Of a DNA stretch of 64,000 nucleotides, positions 8,596-21,045 are shown piece by piece (within the stretch, counting starts at the first letter, position 1; every line of letters begins with the position of its first letter). The DNA is from Candidatus Zixiibacteriota bacterium (GTDB lineage Bacteria > Zixibacteria > MSB-5A5 > GN15 > JAAZOE01). The notes under the pieces were generated by a model. It made no database searches. It was not told where the DNA came from and worked only from the letters and a program-made list of their open reading frames with translations. Made by a program: the position numbers and the translations under genes. The DNA is taken from assembly GCA_043819555.1 (NCBI GenBank), contig JBDREQ010000063.1:1-64000 (forward strand). The letters run 5' to 3'.

Positions 8596-10486
8596 GGCCC
8601 GACTCAGATGTTTCACGTGAAACATTATCAAGCCGATAGTGTTTTATATGAATGGTTAATACTGCGATATCGGAAGGCGTAACTCCTTCAATCCGTCCAG
8701 CCTGCCCGAGGGTCTGAGGCCTGAAACGCTTCAATTTCTCTATCGCTTCAGTCTTCAGGCCGGATAAATGAGTGATATTAAGGCTTTCGGGTATTTTAAT
8801 ACTCTCATTTTTTCTCTTTCTTTCGATTTCACGATCCTGTTTTTCAAGATATCCTCGATATTTAATTAAAATCGCCGCTTTCTCAAATATATCAGGATGG
8901 TCTTTCAGTCCATTTCCGGATTTAATCTCAAATAGTCTTTCCGGTTCAAAATCGGAGCGACAGAGTAAATCGGCCATTGTCAAGCTTCCGCGTTGAGTCC
9001 TCAAACCAAAGTTTTCTTTTAATGAGTCAGCCGAAAATCTCTGTTTTTTAAGATAAGTAACCATCTCCGTTAATCTTTTACTATAGTTGTCGATCATTGT
9101 TAATTCACCTTTTGCATAAATTTTATATTTCTTCCCGTACTTTGCAAGCCTATCCAGGGCATTGTCTTCCCGCAATGCCAGCCTGTATTCTGCCCGGCTG
9201 GTAAACATGCGGTATGGCTCGGAAATATTCCGGGTTACCAGATCGTCAAGCATCACGCCAATATAGGCTTCATCCCGACCGGGGATAAAAGGTAATTGAC
9301 CAAGAATTGACAGCGATGCGTTTAATCCGGCTACCAATCCCTGGGCCGCGGCTTCTTCATATCCGGAAGTGCCATTAATTTGCCCGGCATGAAAAAGCCC
9401 TTTGATTAATTTTGTTTCGAGCGAAGACGTTATCTGGTACGGCGGCACAAAATCATATTCAATTGCATATCCGGGCTTAGTAATTTCTGCCTGCTCCAGT
9501 CCAATTATAGTTCTAACAGCCTGATATTGTACATCTTCCGGTAATGATGTCGAAAAACCGTTTAAATATATTTCATCCGTGCCATCGCCTTCGGGTTCGA
9601 TAAAGATTTGATGCCTGGGTTTATCGGCAAACCGCACGACTTTATCTTCAATTGAAGGGCAATAGCGAGGACCGGTTCCCTTAATTTGCCCAGAGAACAA
9701 AGGCGCCCGATCGATATTCTTATGAATGACTTCTGCCGTACCTTTGGTCGTATAAGTCAACCAGCATAAACTCTCATTATTAAGATTCTGTTCTTTGCGA
9801 TGCCAGTGAGAAAAATATGGCGGAGGGTTCATTCCCGGTTGCTTTTCAATTACATCATAATTAATCGATTTGCCATTGATGCGGGGGGGCGTTCCGGTTT
9901 TTAGCCGGCCTGTCTCGAATCCGGCCATATTCAAAGACTCAGTCATTCCGATTGCGGCCGGTTCGTCGCGCCGTCCTGCCTGAAATGTTTTTTCACCGAT
10001 ATGAATCAGCCCGCCCAGAAAAGTCCCCGTACAGAGGATCACCCGTTTGGAAAATAATTCCTCACCGCTTTTTAGCTTTAATCCTACTATTGCCTTTTGC
10101 TCGATTAATAGACTAATCGCCTCACCTTCAATAACTTCAACGTTTTCAAGTGAAGCGACATAATCGCTGACATACTTGCAATGGACTCTGCGATCGCATT
10201 GGACTCGTGTCGAGCGGACAGCCGGACCCTTTGATAAATTGAGCCGTCGAAACTGAATTCCAGAATAGTCGGCCGCCTTGCCGATTATGCCTCCGAGAGC
10301 GTCAACTTCGCGAACCAAATGGCCTTTTCCGACTCCACCGATGGCGGGATTGCATGACATTAAAGCCAGCCTGGTTTTGTCCATAGTGACCAGACCTGTT
10401 TTCATACCCATCCGATGAGCGGCCATGACCGCCTCAGTCCCGGCGTGGCCGCCGCCGACTACTAGTATGTCAAAATCATATTTCAT
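8588..10486 (-). CDS. mnmG: tRNA U34 5-carboxymethylaminomethyl modification enzyme MnmG (GidA)
   Basis: GGGHAG, MSCNPAIGG, RLKTGTPPR, GPRYCPSIEDK, GQINGTSGYEEAAAQG, YRMFTSRAEYRL. Confidence 0.98.
   Translation of the reverse strand: MKYDFDILVVGGGHAGTEAVMAAHRMGMKTGLVTMDKTRLALMSCNPAIGGVGKGHLVREVDALGGIIGKAADYSGIQFRRLNLSKGPAVRSTRVQCDRRVHCKYVSDYVASLENVEVIEGEAISLLIEQKAIVGLKLKSGEELFSKRVILCTGTFLGGLIHIGEKTFQAGRRDEPAAIGMTESLNMAGFETGRLKTGTPPRINGKSINYDVIEKQPGMNPPPYFSHWHRKEQNLNNESLCWLTYTTKGTAEVIHKNIDRAPLFSGQIKGTGPRYCPSIEDKVVRFADKPRHQIFIEPEGDGTDEIYLNGFSTSLPEDVQYQAVRTIIGLEQAEITKPGYAIEYDFVPPYQITSSLETKLIKGLFHAGQINGTSGYEEAAAQGLVAGLNASLSILGQLPFIPGRDEAYIGVMLDDLVTRNISEPYRMFTSRAEYRLALREDNALDRLAKYGKKYKIYAKGELTMIDNYSKRLTEMVTYLKKQRFSADSLKENFGLRTQRGSLTMADLLCRSDFEPERLFEIKSGNGLKDHPDIFEKAAILIKYRGYLEKQDREIERKRKNESIKIPESLNITHLSGLKTEAIEKLKRFRPQTLGQAGRIEGVTPSDIAVLTIHIKHYRLDNVSRETSESGHE
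8609..8624. promoter_or_regulatory. parS site (perfect consensus)
   Basis: TGTTTCACGTGAAACA inside the 3' end of mnmG. Confidence 0.9.
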
Positions 10487-10530
10487 AAATCCCGAAAATA
10501 TATAGCATAAAATGAGAAATTCGTCAATAA

Positions 10531-10546
10531 TGTTTCACATGAAACA
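10531..10546. promoter_or_regulatory. parS site (1 mismatch)
   Basis: TGTTTCACATGAAACA abutting the mnmE stop codon. Confidence 0.85.
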
Positions 10547-11932
10547 CTATTTCCCAATGCAGAAATTTGAAAATATCTCTTCGAGTATCTGTTCGGTATA
10601 AATATGGCCGGTTATTTCCCCGATAGCATCAGCCGCCTGACGCAGTTCCCAGGAGATAACTTCAACCGGAGCAGACATTTTTTTAATTCTTTTTAGATGA
10701 GCTAAGCATTTATCAATTTTATTCTTATGACGATTTGTCGTCACGAATAAACCGTCCGTTAGATCCGTAATCCCGGCTGATTCATAGATTATTTTTGTCA
10801 AATTTCTCAAACCTTTACCCGTTTTTGCTGAAATCCCAAAAATCGGTGAGGCCACTCCTAACTTATCTGTCCATCTTTTAATTATCCCGTGGGTATAATC
10901 GCATAGGTCGACTTTATTTAGAGCAATGGTCAATCTTTGAGTATTGGACAATCTGACATCCGGAATAGCAGTCGGCCGTCTGGTAATATCAAACAGATAA
11001 ATTATCATATCAGCTTGCTTTATAAGATTTTGCGATGATGCAATTCCGGCTTTTTCAACACGGCCTCGCCCGCGGCGAATTCCAGCCGTGTCATACAGCT
11101 CGACCGGTAATCCTCTGATATCGATCCATTCAGAGATATAATCGCGGGTCGTTCCGGGAACAGGGGTAACCAGAGCCCGGTTTCGCTTTACCAGGCGGTT
11201 AAAAAGAAGCGATTTCCCTGCATTGGGCGGCCCTAAAATTACTACTCGATATCCATCCCTGATTATTTTCCCAGTCCGATAACTCAGGGATAAATCCTCG
11301 AGTTGCGAGATAACGCTTTCAAGTTTTTCAGATAAGAGCTCCTGGCCGATGCGGCCGACATCATCCTCATCCGGAAAATCGATATCAGCCTCGAGTTCGG
11401 CCAGTATATTGACGATATTATTTCTTAACTTAGTTATAAGTTTGCCATAAACGCCAATCAAATGCTGCCGCGACACTCGATATGAAAGCTCGGTTTTGGC
11501 GGCGACAATATCAGCCGCTCCTTCAAGACGCGTCAAATCCTCACCGCGGTTTAAAAACCTCCTCAGGGAAAACTCGCCTGCTTCGGCCGGACGGCAGCCC
11601 GCGGCAAAGATAGCTTCAAGGATCGCGCCCAGCACCATTGCTCCGGCATGGCAGTATATTTCAACCAGATCCTCACCGGTATAGCTTTTCGGCCCCGGCA
11701 TATATACCGAAAGAACTTCATCCAGAGTTTCTCCGGAAGCGGATTTAATTTGACCTAAGCGCAATAAGTATGGCGATGGCCTGGACTTTTTCTTGTGGGG
11801 ATTAAAGACGCCTTTCAGAATCGCAAGCGCGTTTGAACCGGAAACGCGAACGACCCCAATGCCGCCGGAGCCGGTTGGAGTGGCTATAGCGGCAATCGTA
11901 TCTACTGAATTATTTGCTGCCTCATCAGGCAT
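10547..11932 (-). CDS. mnmE: tRNA modification GTPase MnmE (TrmE)
   Basis: DTIAAIATP, SYTGED, GPPNAGKS, GTTRD, DTAG, NKVD, C-terminal FCIGK. Confidence 0.97.
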   Translation of the reverse strand: MPDEAANNSVDTIAAIATPTGSGGIGVVRVSGSNALAILKGVFNPHKKKSRPSPYLLRLGQIKSASGETLDEVLSVYMPGPKSYTGEDLVEIYCHAGAMVLGAILEAIFAAGCRPAEAGEFSLRRFLNRGEDLTRLEGAADIVAAKTELSYRVSRQHLIGVYGKLITKLRNNIVNILAELEADIDFPDEDDVGRIGQELLSEKLESVISQLEDLSLSYRTGKIIRDGYRVVILGPPNAGKSLLFNRLVKRNRALVTPVPGTTRDYISEWIDIRGLPVELYDTAGIRRGRGRVEKAGIASSQNLIKQADMIIYLFDITRRPTAIPDVRLSNTQRLTIALNKVDLCDYTHGIIKRWTDKLGVASPIFGISAKTGKGLRNLTKIIYESAGITDLTDGLFVTTNRHKNKIDKCLAHLKRIKKMSAPVEVISWELRQAADAIGEITGHIYTEQILEEIFSNFCIGK

Positions 11933-13604
11933 CCTTTACCTGTGGGTTTTTTTGTTCCATCTGTTTGCGAACATACATCGTTTCGACAAATGAGAGAATA
12001 TTGAATCCGGTCCAGTACAATACCAGTCCTGCGGGGAAATTCATAAACAACCATCCGAAAATAAGCGGCATCATATAGACCATCATTTTATTTTTAGGAT
12101 CAGTCATCGTCATTTTCTGCTGGACAAACATGCTGACCATCATAATAATCGGCAGGACATAAAGCGGATCCGGCACCGACAAATCGGTAATCCAGCCCAT
12201 GAATGAAGCACCGCGAAATTCAATTGTCGTTTTGAATACGGTAAACAGGGCAAAAAACAGAGGCATCTGGGGAAGCATCGGCAGGCATCCCGACAATGGA
12301 TTAGCCCCCGCTTCTTTATAGAGCTTCATCATTTCCTTGTTCAATTTACCGGCGTCATTTTTGTATTTTTCCTGCAGCGCTTTCATTTTGGGTTGAACGT
12401 CTTTGAGCTTGGCCATCGCCGCAGCCTGTTTTCTGGACAGGGGAAAAGTGATGATTTTAATGAGCAAAGCAAATATCAAAACAACCACGCCATAATTAGG
12501 TAAAACGCTGTATATCTTTGGCAATAACCATATTATGCCGATTGAGAATGGTTTGATAATTATCCACCCAAGCGAATTAATATCTTCCAGTCCGATATTG
12601 TATCCCTTGAGCATTTGATAATCGAGAGGGCCGGCGAACAAAGTAAACGAATCAGAATGCGATCCGGATGAAGGCATCTGCAGAGTCAGTTTGGCTGTTA
12701 TTTCTCTGACATCAATATTATCATCGCCAATTCGTTGTTCGCGCTCAGTGCCAAAGGCCTCAAAGCTCTCGGTTTGACTGCTTCTGGGAATCATCACGGC
12801 GGCAAAATACTTTGTTCTCATTCCGCCCCAGACAGCCGCTCCGTGTTGATTCTCCCGCATCCGGCCATTATCGAAATCGCTAAATTCATATTTTTCATCC
12901 ATCATCGTGACGGCGTTGAAGTAGGTATAATCATCCTCCAGATTGGGTTCGGTCGGGGAAAGGTGAATACCCCAGACCAAATTATAATCGCGCTCGAATC
13001 CAAAACCCTCTATTCCGTCAATCGTAATATCAAAGCCGATATCATAGGAATCAGCGTTAATCGTATATGTTTTAGTGATTGTGCCACCGTTGGGATGATA
13101 ATAAACATAAGTAATCCTTCGAGGTGAATCACCTGCGCCAATCTCGAAATCTGTGGCATCTCCTGTAAATGCCAATTGTGAGGCAACAAATCCGCTATTC
13201 GCAGTCTCAAAATCAGGAACAATTTTGTCAGACGATTCTGCCAATATGACATTTCCACCATCGTGGTACAAATATTTGTTTAGAACAATCTTATTGATTC
13301 CGCCCCCATAATTCGTGAATCCAAGCGTATATAATGGCGTCTTTACAGTTATAACTTGTTCCGGTATAAGGGAATCGATTTGCTTAGCAATTGCCGCTTC
13401 GGGTATCGTTTGTTCGGTTTCAGTCTGAGTAATTGGTTGAGTTTGAGGTTGCGCGGGGGGTTGATAAACTGTTGAGTCTTGTGTTGCAGTCATCGGCGGT
13501 CGTTCCGGAGCAGGCTTCACTACCCCCAAAAATTCCAGGATTTGACTCCAAAAAACAAGAACCACAACGCAAATAACAACCAGAGCTATCGTTTTTCTAT
13601 CCAC
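11925..13604 (-). CDS. yidC: Membrane protein insertase YidC
   Basis: Periplasmic domain, then GP.DY, NYG, ANPLSGCLPMLPQMP, WITDLSVPDP, PAGLVLYW. Confidence 0.96.
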   Translation of the reverse strand: MDRKTIALVVICVVVLVFWSQILEFLGVVKPAPERPPMTATQDSTVYQPPAQPQTQPITQTETEQTIPEAAIAKQIDSLIPEQVITVKTPLYTLGFTNYGGGINKIVLNKYLYHDGGNVILAESSDKIVPDFETANSGFVASQLAFTGDATDFEIGAGDSPRRITYVYYHPNGGTITKTYTINADSYDIGFDITIDGIEGFGFERDYNLVWGIHLSPTEPNLEDDYTYFNAVTMMDEKYEFSDFDNGRMRENQHGAAVWGGMRTKYFAAVMIPRSSQTESFEAFGTEREQRIGDDNIDVREITAKLTLQMPSSGSHSDSFTLFAGPLDYQMLKGYNIGLEDINSLGWIIIKPFSIGIIWLLPKIYSVLPNYGVVVLIFALLIKIITFPLSRKQAAAMAKLKDVQPKMKALQEKYKNDAGKLNKEMMKLYKEAGANPLSGCLPMLPQMPLFFALFTVFKTTIEFRGASFMGWITDLSVPDPLYVLPIIMMVSMFVQQKMTMTDPKNKMMVYMMPLIFGWLFMNFPAGLVLYWTGFNILSFVETMYVRKQMEQKNPQVKDA

Positions 13605-13621
13605 ATTAACCTCACACTCAA

Positions 13622-13888
13622 TTATTCAACCGGGTCATATCCGCCGGGGAAAAAAGGATTACATCTCAGGACTCTTTTGATCGCCATCCAACCGCCGCGT
13701 AAGGCGCCGTGATGCTTAACGGCATCCATCCCATAATGCGAACAGGTTGGGTAAAACCGGCATTGTCCGAATAATCTAAAGAAAGGACTCAAAACTACGC
13801 GGTAGAATTTGATGAATCCCACAAATATCCATGCCAGCGGGGAGAGCTGCTGGTCAATTCCAGTCGAAATAGGCTTTGAAGTCGGCAA
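13622..13888 (-). CDS. yidD: Membrane protein insertion efficiency factor YidD
   Basis: CRFYPTCSHY, RVLRCNPF, GGYDPV. Start uncertain (TTG at 13888 chosen). Confidence 0.9.
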   Translation of the reverse strand: MPTSKPISTGIDQQLSPLAWIFVGFIKFYRVVLSPFFRLFGQCRFYPTCSHYGMDAVKHHGALRGGWMAIKRVLRCNPFFPGGYDPVE

Positions 13889-14219
13889 GGAAATCGTCCT
13901 GTTTAACCTTGTCCTCAATTGTTTCGGGTTTGGCCTGGATAATATAATCAAATCCTGCCCCGACCCGAAATAAATTCTTTCTTATTATATCCCGCAAGAG
14001 CCGCTTTATTCGGTTTCTTTTGGGGGCATTGCCGCATTTTTTCGAGGCAACCACGCAAAATCGGCTGAGAGGCGGCTGGTTCTCATCGTCCGGTAAACCT
14101 CTCGATTTGTCCCGGAAGAAAACAAGCCGTTTGCCTCGGTAAATATCTCCCCGGGCATAGACGGCTTGGATATCGCTTTTGTTTTTCAGCCGGCGATTAG
14201 CCGGAAACCGATTGTCCAC
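13854..14219 (-). CDS. rnpA: Ribonuclease P protein component
   Basis: RRLKNKSDI, ASKKCGNAPKRNRIKRLLRD (RNR motif); synteny. Confidence 0.92.
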   Translation of the reverse strand: MDNRFPANRRLKNKSDIQAVYARGDIYRGKRLVFFRDKSRGLPDDENQPPLSRFCVVASKKCGNAPKRNRIKRLLRDIIRKNLFRVGAGFDYIIQAKPETIEDKVKQDDFLADFKAYFDWN

Positions 14220-14220
14220 A

Positions 14221-14373
14221 TTATTTCTTGCGCGCTATCCGGACGGTCAGGCGTTTTCTGCCTTTGGCTCTGCGCCTTGAGAGAATTTTCCGTCCGTCTT
14301 TTGTGCTCATCCTTTTCCGGAAACCATGATCGTTCATTTTTTTCCGGTTGGATGGCTGGAATGGTCGTTTCAT
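14221..14373 (-). CDS. rpmH: 50S ribosomal protein L34 (absent from the ORF track)
   Basis: Hand translation: [50 protein letters not shown] (50 aa). Confidence 0.97.
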   Translation of the reverse strand: MKRPFQPSNRKKMNDHGFRKRMSTKDGRKILSRRRAKGRKRLTVRIARKK

Positions 14374-14417
14374 TTTGTTTTAGTCCAATCGTCGTCTTAA
14401 TTAATTTCGAGCCTATA

Positions 14418-14445
14418 AGTATACTAAAATGTACCGCCCTGTCAA
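14418..14445 (-). promoter_or_regulatory. Sigma70-type promoter of the rpmH operon
   Basis: Minus strand TTGACA-N16-TATACT about 45 nt upstream of rpmH. Confidence 0.6.
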
Positions 14446-14522
14446 GGGTAATTCGCAATAGAACCAGGTTTAGAGTAGGCAAATTTCACCCATATTTTAC
14501 GGCAAGTTAATATTTCAAAAAT

Positions 14523-17153
14523 TCACGAACAATCCGGGCCAGAGCCTCCTCGAAATATATAATTAATCAGATACACGGCATCGGCAACATTTATAAGGCC
14601 GTCGCAGTTGACATCGCTGTTGGTCATAACGCCGGAGGGAGGACCCTCTCTATATAGATAATTTATAAGATAAACCGCGTCCGCAATGTTTAGTTTTGAA
14701 TCTCCATTTGCATCTCCGGTAATAAAAAGCTGCATTCCAGAGTTGAGAATCTCTTTCATAACCGTTATAGAATTCAGGTTATCGGTGCCCTGCCCGACCG
14801 CCATTTTGATTAGTACATACTGGCTGTCTCCCGGCTGCATCGTCACCGGTCCGGTTGTCCCCATCATACGCCGATCTGCGGAGCAACAATCCAAATCGCC
14901 GGTACCGCTAACCGGATCGCCGGACTCATTATACCTTATAACATTTCCTTCATATGTATATGGAGTTCCATCTTTTTGAAGACCCTGCATAAATCGATAG
15001 GTTTCGACTGCATGATCCGGATCGAAGGTGGCACAAAAATTAATAAATGAATACAGGCCCAGGTTCTTATGATTGTCTATTAATTTACCATCAAAAACTG
15101 CCTGGCTCCCGGCAGAGGGAACTATTGGTCCGGCAAGCACCTTAAATCCAAGCGCCGGCGGATTGGATCCATATATTCTGTCTATGGTATCATCACTGTA
15201 GCAGAAAAATGAGTTATCTAACGTATCACAGCCCACTAAATCATCAGCACTTCCGCCAATATCCGGATCCGCCCATAATGAAAAAAAGCAATCTTCAATA
15301 GTATTTTCGCTTCTGTTGTAGATTTTATACTGCATATATATTACCGCCGATTCGTATCCTGCGGTCTCATCAAGAGAAGGTTCGGAAACAAACGTAAATT
15401 CATCAACCGGCGGTTCATCTTTTGAAGTTTTTATGCGAAAGACTGTCCCTTGCTCCGGTACATCCTGAGTAAAAGGCGGTGTTTCTCCTCCATTCCAATT
15501 GACCAGAACCGTTCGTGACAGAACTGCATCGCCCAAGACATCATAATCATTATTTGGATCGGCATCCAAAAGAAGGGCTTCATGAGCAAGATACCCGGCT
15601 TCACCCGCGCTCAAATCAGCCGGTTCATACCAATAAACCCAATCGGTGAACGGATCATCATCGGCTCCCGATACAGAATGTTCACAATCTCCGCTACGGG
15701 TTGTACCCTCAGCCCCCCAACTTTCGAGCGCATAAATATCATCACCTGAATAATCTACGTTGGCATCATCAATAATTAACGGAATCAATCTCACATCATC
15801 GCTGGGATCGTCGGGAGTGTCAATGCCGGTTCTCCACAGCTCAAAAGGAACCCAGAAAACATTATCATCGGTAAACGCTTCAATCGCATAGGAACCCCCA
15901 ATCCCGGGATTACTATTATTACCGGTAAAACGCATTTCATAATCATAAGTGCCGATAAACTCAAAATTCCCTCCATCTCGAGTAACCCTTGACAAAAATG
16001 CTGCATAATCACCCCGAGTTCCTCCCCCGGAAGTTCCGCCATTATCAGCTGTATGGAAAAACCATTTGCCGCCGCCAACCTGTTGATTGTTGGTTGGGCG
16101 CAAGGGATTGCCGTCAATATCATTCGGTACCGGAAAACCAGCCCATTCGGCCGCGCCCGCTTCCGGCGGATCAATCGGACCATTGGCATTGGCAACAACC
16201 GAAAATTCAGAAAATCTTGCGGTCAGGCCGGTAACTTTAATGACCATGCCTTCAACTACCGAACTGGCAACGCCCGAAAAATCGGTTTGATTCAGGAGAA
16301 GAGTATCTCCAGTAGTGGTGTTTATCAGATGCCAGACATTTCTTAATTGAGGATGACTTTCTACGGCAACTTTATATGAATTACCCGTTATTGCATTCGG
16401 TTCAACAATTTCAGCGCCTACCCTGATTTCAGAATTCCCCAATTGGGTTATTGAAATATTGGGACTGTAAATATCGATATCAGCTCCTTCCTGATATATA
16501 CTCCATACTTTCTGGTGAATTTCAACACCCAACGGTAAGGTTTCACCGCCATCAACACCTATGTGCTGAGCGGGATCGGCGTCATTGAATACCGTCCACA
16601 AAAGCTGATCGCCGAGTACAATAGGCTCACCATTTGCGTTAACTGGTGCGCCCTGATTGGTTGGCCAGTTTAAATAATCATCGTTGGGATTATCGCTAAG
16701 GCTGTCTCGATGGAGTTTGTAAACGTGAAATTCGGGACGATCAGATTGAAATGTGCCGTTTTCCATTGGTCCCGGAACATATTCACTTACATATTCGGAC
16801 CCAGCGATCCTTATTTCGCCATTAACTTTTCCGCCGATCCATAGACCGGCTGCATAAAGAGGGCTTTTGGCCGGCAGGGCAAAGAAAATATCATTTTTTG
16901 TCCGATACGGAAAAAAAGTACCAGGTCCATGCCCACGAATCCAAAATTCACCATCAAGATCGCGCCCAAAATTCCCGTGATTTGTAACGAACATAAAAAT
17001 ATAATTGGAGTGTATATAAGACGTATTATCGACGGTCATTAATGCCCAGGGGTCTCGATTTTTGTTCAACTCCTCCGGGGGTGCGGCAAATAACGATTGA
17101 GACAGAATTAATAAACTAAGACCACAGATTAGTATTTTTATATGCCCATTCAT
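14523..17153 (-). CDS. Large secreted protein with C-terminal type I dockerin-like domain
   Basis: Signal peptide; ends GDANGDSKLNIADAVYLINYL...DVNCDGLINVADAVYLINYIF (paired Ca-binding loop/helix repeats). Confidence 0.85.
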   Translation of the reverse strand: MNGHIKILICGLSLLILSQSLFAAPPEELNKNRDPWALMTVDNTSYIHSNYIFMFVTNHGNFGRDLDGEFWIRGHGPGTFFPYRTKNDIFFALPAKSPLYAAGLWIGGKVNGEIRIAGSEYVSEYVPGPMENGTFQSDRPEFHVYKLHRDSLSDNPNDDYLNWPTNQGAPVNANGEPIVLGDQLLWTVFNDADPAQHIGVDGGETLPLGVEIHQKVWSIYQEGADIDIYSPNISITQLGNSEIRVGAEIVEPNAITGNSYKVAVESHPQLRNVWHLINTTTGDTLLLNQTDFSGVASSVVEGMVIKVTGLTARFSEFSVVANANGPIDPPEAGAAEWAGFPVPNDIDGNPLRPTNNQQVGGGKWFFHTADNGGTSGGGTRGDYAAFLSRVTRDGGNFEFIGTYDYEMRFTGNNSNPGIGGSYAIEAFTDDNVFWVPFELWRTGIDTPDDPSDDVRLIPLIIDDANVDYSGDDIYALESWGAEGTTRSGDCEHSVSGADDDPFTDWVYWYEPADLSAGEAGYLAHEALLLDADPNNDYDVLGDAVLSRTVLVNWNGGETPPFTQDVPEQGTVFRIKTSKDEPPVDEFTFVSEPSLDETAGYESAVIYMQYKIYNRSENTIEDCFFSLWADPDIGGSADDLVGCDTLDNSFFCYSDDTIDRIYGSNPPALGFKVLAGPIVPSAGSQAVFDGKLIDNHKNLGLYSFINFCATFDPDHAVETYRFMQGLQKDGTPYTYEGNVIRYNESGDPVSGTGDLDCCSADRRMMGTTGPVTMQPGDSQYVLIKMAVGQGTDNLNSITVMKEILNSGMQLFITGDANGDSKLNIADAVYLINYLYREGPPSGVMTNSDVNCDGLINVADAVYLINYIFRGGSGPDCS

Positions 17154-17311
17154 TTGATTCCCCCTAGTAAATTATTTAAATTTGGCGCAACCAAGATATA
17201 AAATGTATGTCTAATTTATAAAATAATAGGTGTTTTATATAAGTCAAGGTTAAATTATATCACAAATTAGTACCCCACCCGTGGGATAGGATACAATCAA
17301 TCTAGTCCCAC

Positions 17312-19592
<2,281 letters not shown>

Positions 19593-20035
19593 AATTCTCC
19601 AAGCTAGTAAAATACAAATGTTTACGGCTTACGGCAAGGAAAAAACACCTTTTCGCAAAAAATATGATGCCTGTAATTTCTTAAAATACAATGAATTAGC
19701 ACGCTACCGCACTTTGATATTTCAATCTGCAAAGCGGTGCTCCTGAGATGCATCAAAGCATGCCGAATTCAATATAAATCAGGTCGGTTTTCTGATGGAT
19801 TTTAATGAATGGAATGAACGTTTTGCTCACTGCGCGGCCGGTTTACTGTTCGAATAATTAAGTTAAAATTGATTGATATGAAGAAAACCTCTCCAAGCGG
19901 GAACCCACTCTCCGCCGCCTGGAGCGGAGCATGGGCCACCGGTCTTTTGATGAAAAACGAACAAATTCTGTTGCCAATGCTATGAACTATAGGTTATTCT
20001 AAAAGAGTGGTCTTTCTATTTCTAGGAGGTCAAAC

Positions 20036-20836
20036 TTGAATGAACAAGAAAGAATGAAATTTGGCTTATCGGTTTTTTTCCTTTCTGCTCTTATTACCTT
20101 TCTTATTGTAGATATTATCCGTGGCTTACCAGCCTTAACTGCACTTTTTTATTTGCTGTTTGAGAAAAAAGGCACTGGATATGATTCGAAAATGACATGG
20201 TTTACAAGATTTTGCCTTATGGGTATCCTGTATGTTATATATTCATCTGTCAAAGTACTTTTCGGGCCTATAACACGCAGATTGGATGCGCTAACAGCTC
20301 GTACAAAGTCCCGGAGAGCAGTAAACCGAGCATTACATGAATTAGGCGGACATACACCAATTAAATTTTCCATAAATGATTTATCTTCAAGTATCCCAAT
20401 CATCGCCAAGGGGCCTCCTTTATTGGTATATAATGGTGCAGGTGGACACAAGTGGCACGGCTTTAAATATGCACAAACGACATCTCAAGGTAAATTTACA
20501 ATGGCTCGGGGCCCACTTTTCGCTAATTTTCTGGCAGATTCGGAATCAACACCAATCTATAGAATTCACGTTGAATTGGATTATACAAAAGCTAGGCGCT
20601 TAAGAAAACGTACAATTCTACCTATTTGTGTTGACCAGGCTGCAATTGTAATAAATGCAATTATGGATATTTCACAAGACAACTTTGAAAAGATACAGTC
20701 GTGGTTAGGAGAAGTTCGCCCTTATAGAGATAATAACAATAGACTTGATACGATGGATTTTACTTTAAAAATTTATGCTAATGAATACTGGGAAGAGAGA
20801 AGTGATATCTTAGCTATATGGAGCACTAAAAAATAA
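20036..20836 (+). CDS. Hypothetical membrane-anchored protein
   Basis: AGGAGG RBS and TTG start; two N-terminal hydrophobic segments; AT-rich; flanked by palindromic repeats. Confidence 0.7.
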   Translation: MNEQERMKFGLSVFFLSALITFLIVDIIRGLPALTALFYLLFEKKGTGYDSKMTWFTRFCLMGILYVIYSSVKVLFGPITRRLDALTARTKSRRAVNRALHELGGHTPIKFSINDLSSSIPIIAKGPPLLVYNGAGGHKWHGFKYAQTTSQGKFTMARGPLFANFLADSESTPIYRIHVELDYTKARRLRKRTILPICVDQAAIVINAIMDISQDNFEKIQSWLGEVRPYRDNNNRLDTMDFTLKIYANEYWEERSDILAIWSTKK

Positions 20837-20857
20837 AAGAACACTCAAGAATAGTAA

Positions 20858-20945
20858 GTAGAGCGGGATCCCTGTGATCCTGCCAATAAATTTTATTGTA
20901 TGGCGCTTCGCGCAATTGGCAGGAGCCTAAGGGCTCCTTCCCAAC
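20858..20945. repeat. Inverted GTAG-type REP doublet (REPIN-like)
   Basis: GTAGAGCGGGATCCCTGTGATCCTGCCAAT ... ATTGGCAGGAGCCTAAGGGCTCCTTCCCAAC; both arms end TCCTGCCAAT when read inward. Confidence 0.65.
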
Positions 20946-21045
20946 AGGAATAAAAAATAACAAATTTGGCCCGGTGTCCATTATGACTACTTACGGTGCG
21001 TTCCTGCGTTTGATAAAATTATGTTTTAATCCTGAATATTCGTCT

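Noticed and set aside
8596..8631. N-terminal extension MIMFHVKHLSRA of RsmG
   Set aside because: It is the parS palindrome translated within mnmG; the likely start is ATG 8595.
14186..14510. 98-aa and 114-aa ORFs upstream of rnpA
   Set aside because: They overlap the real rpmH gene and its promoter in other frames.
19750..19770. Possible sigma54 promoter (CGGCATGCTTTGATGC on the minus strand)
   Set aside because: GG-to-GC spacing is 11 nt rather than the required 10.
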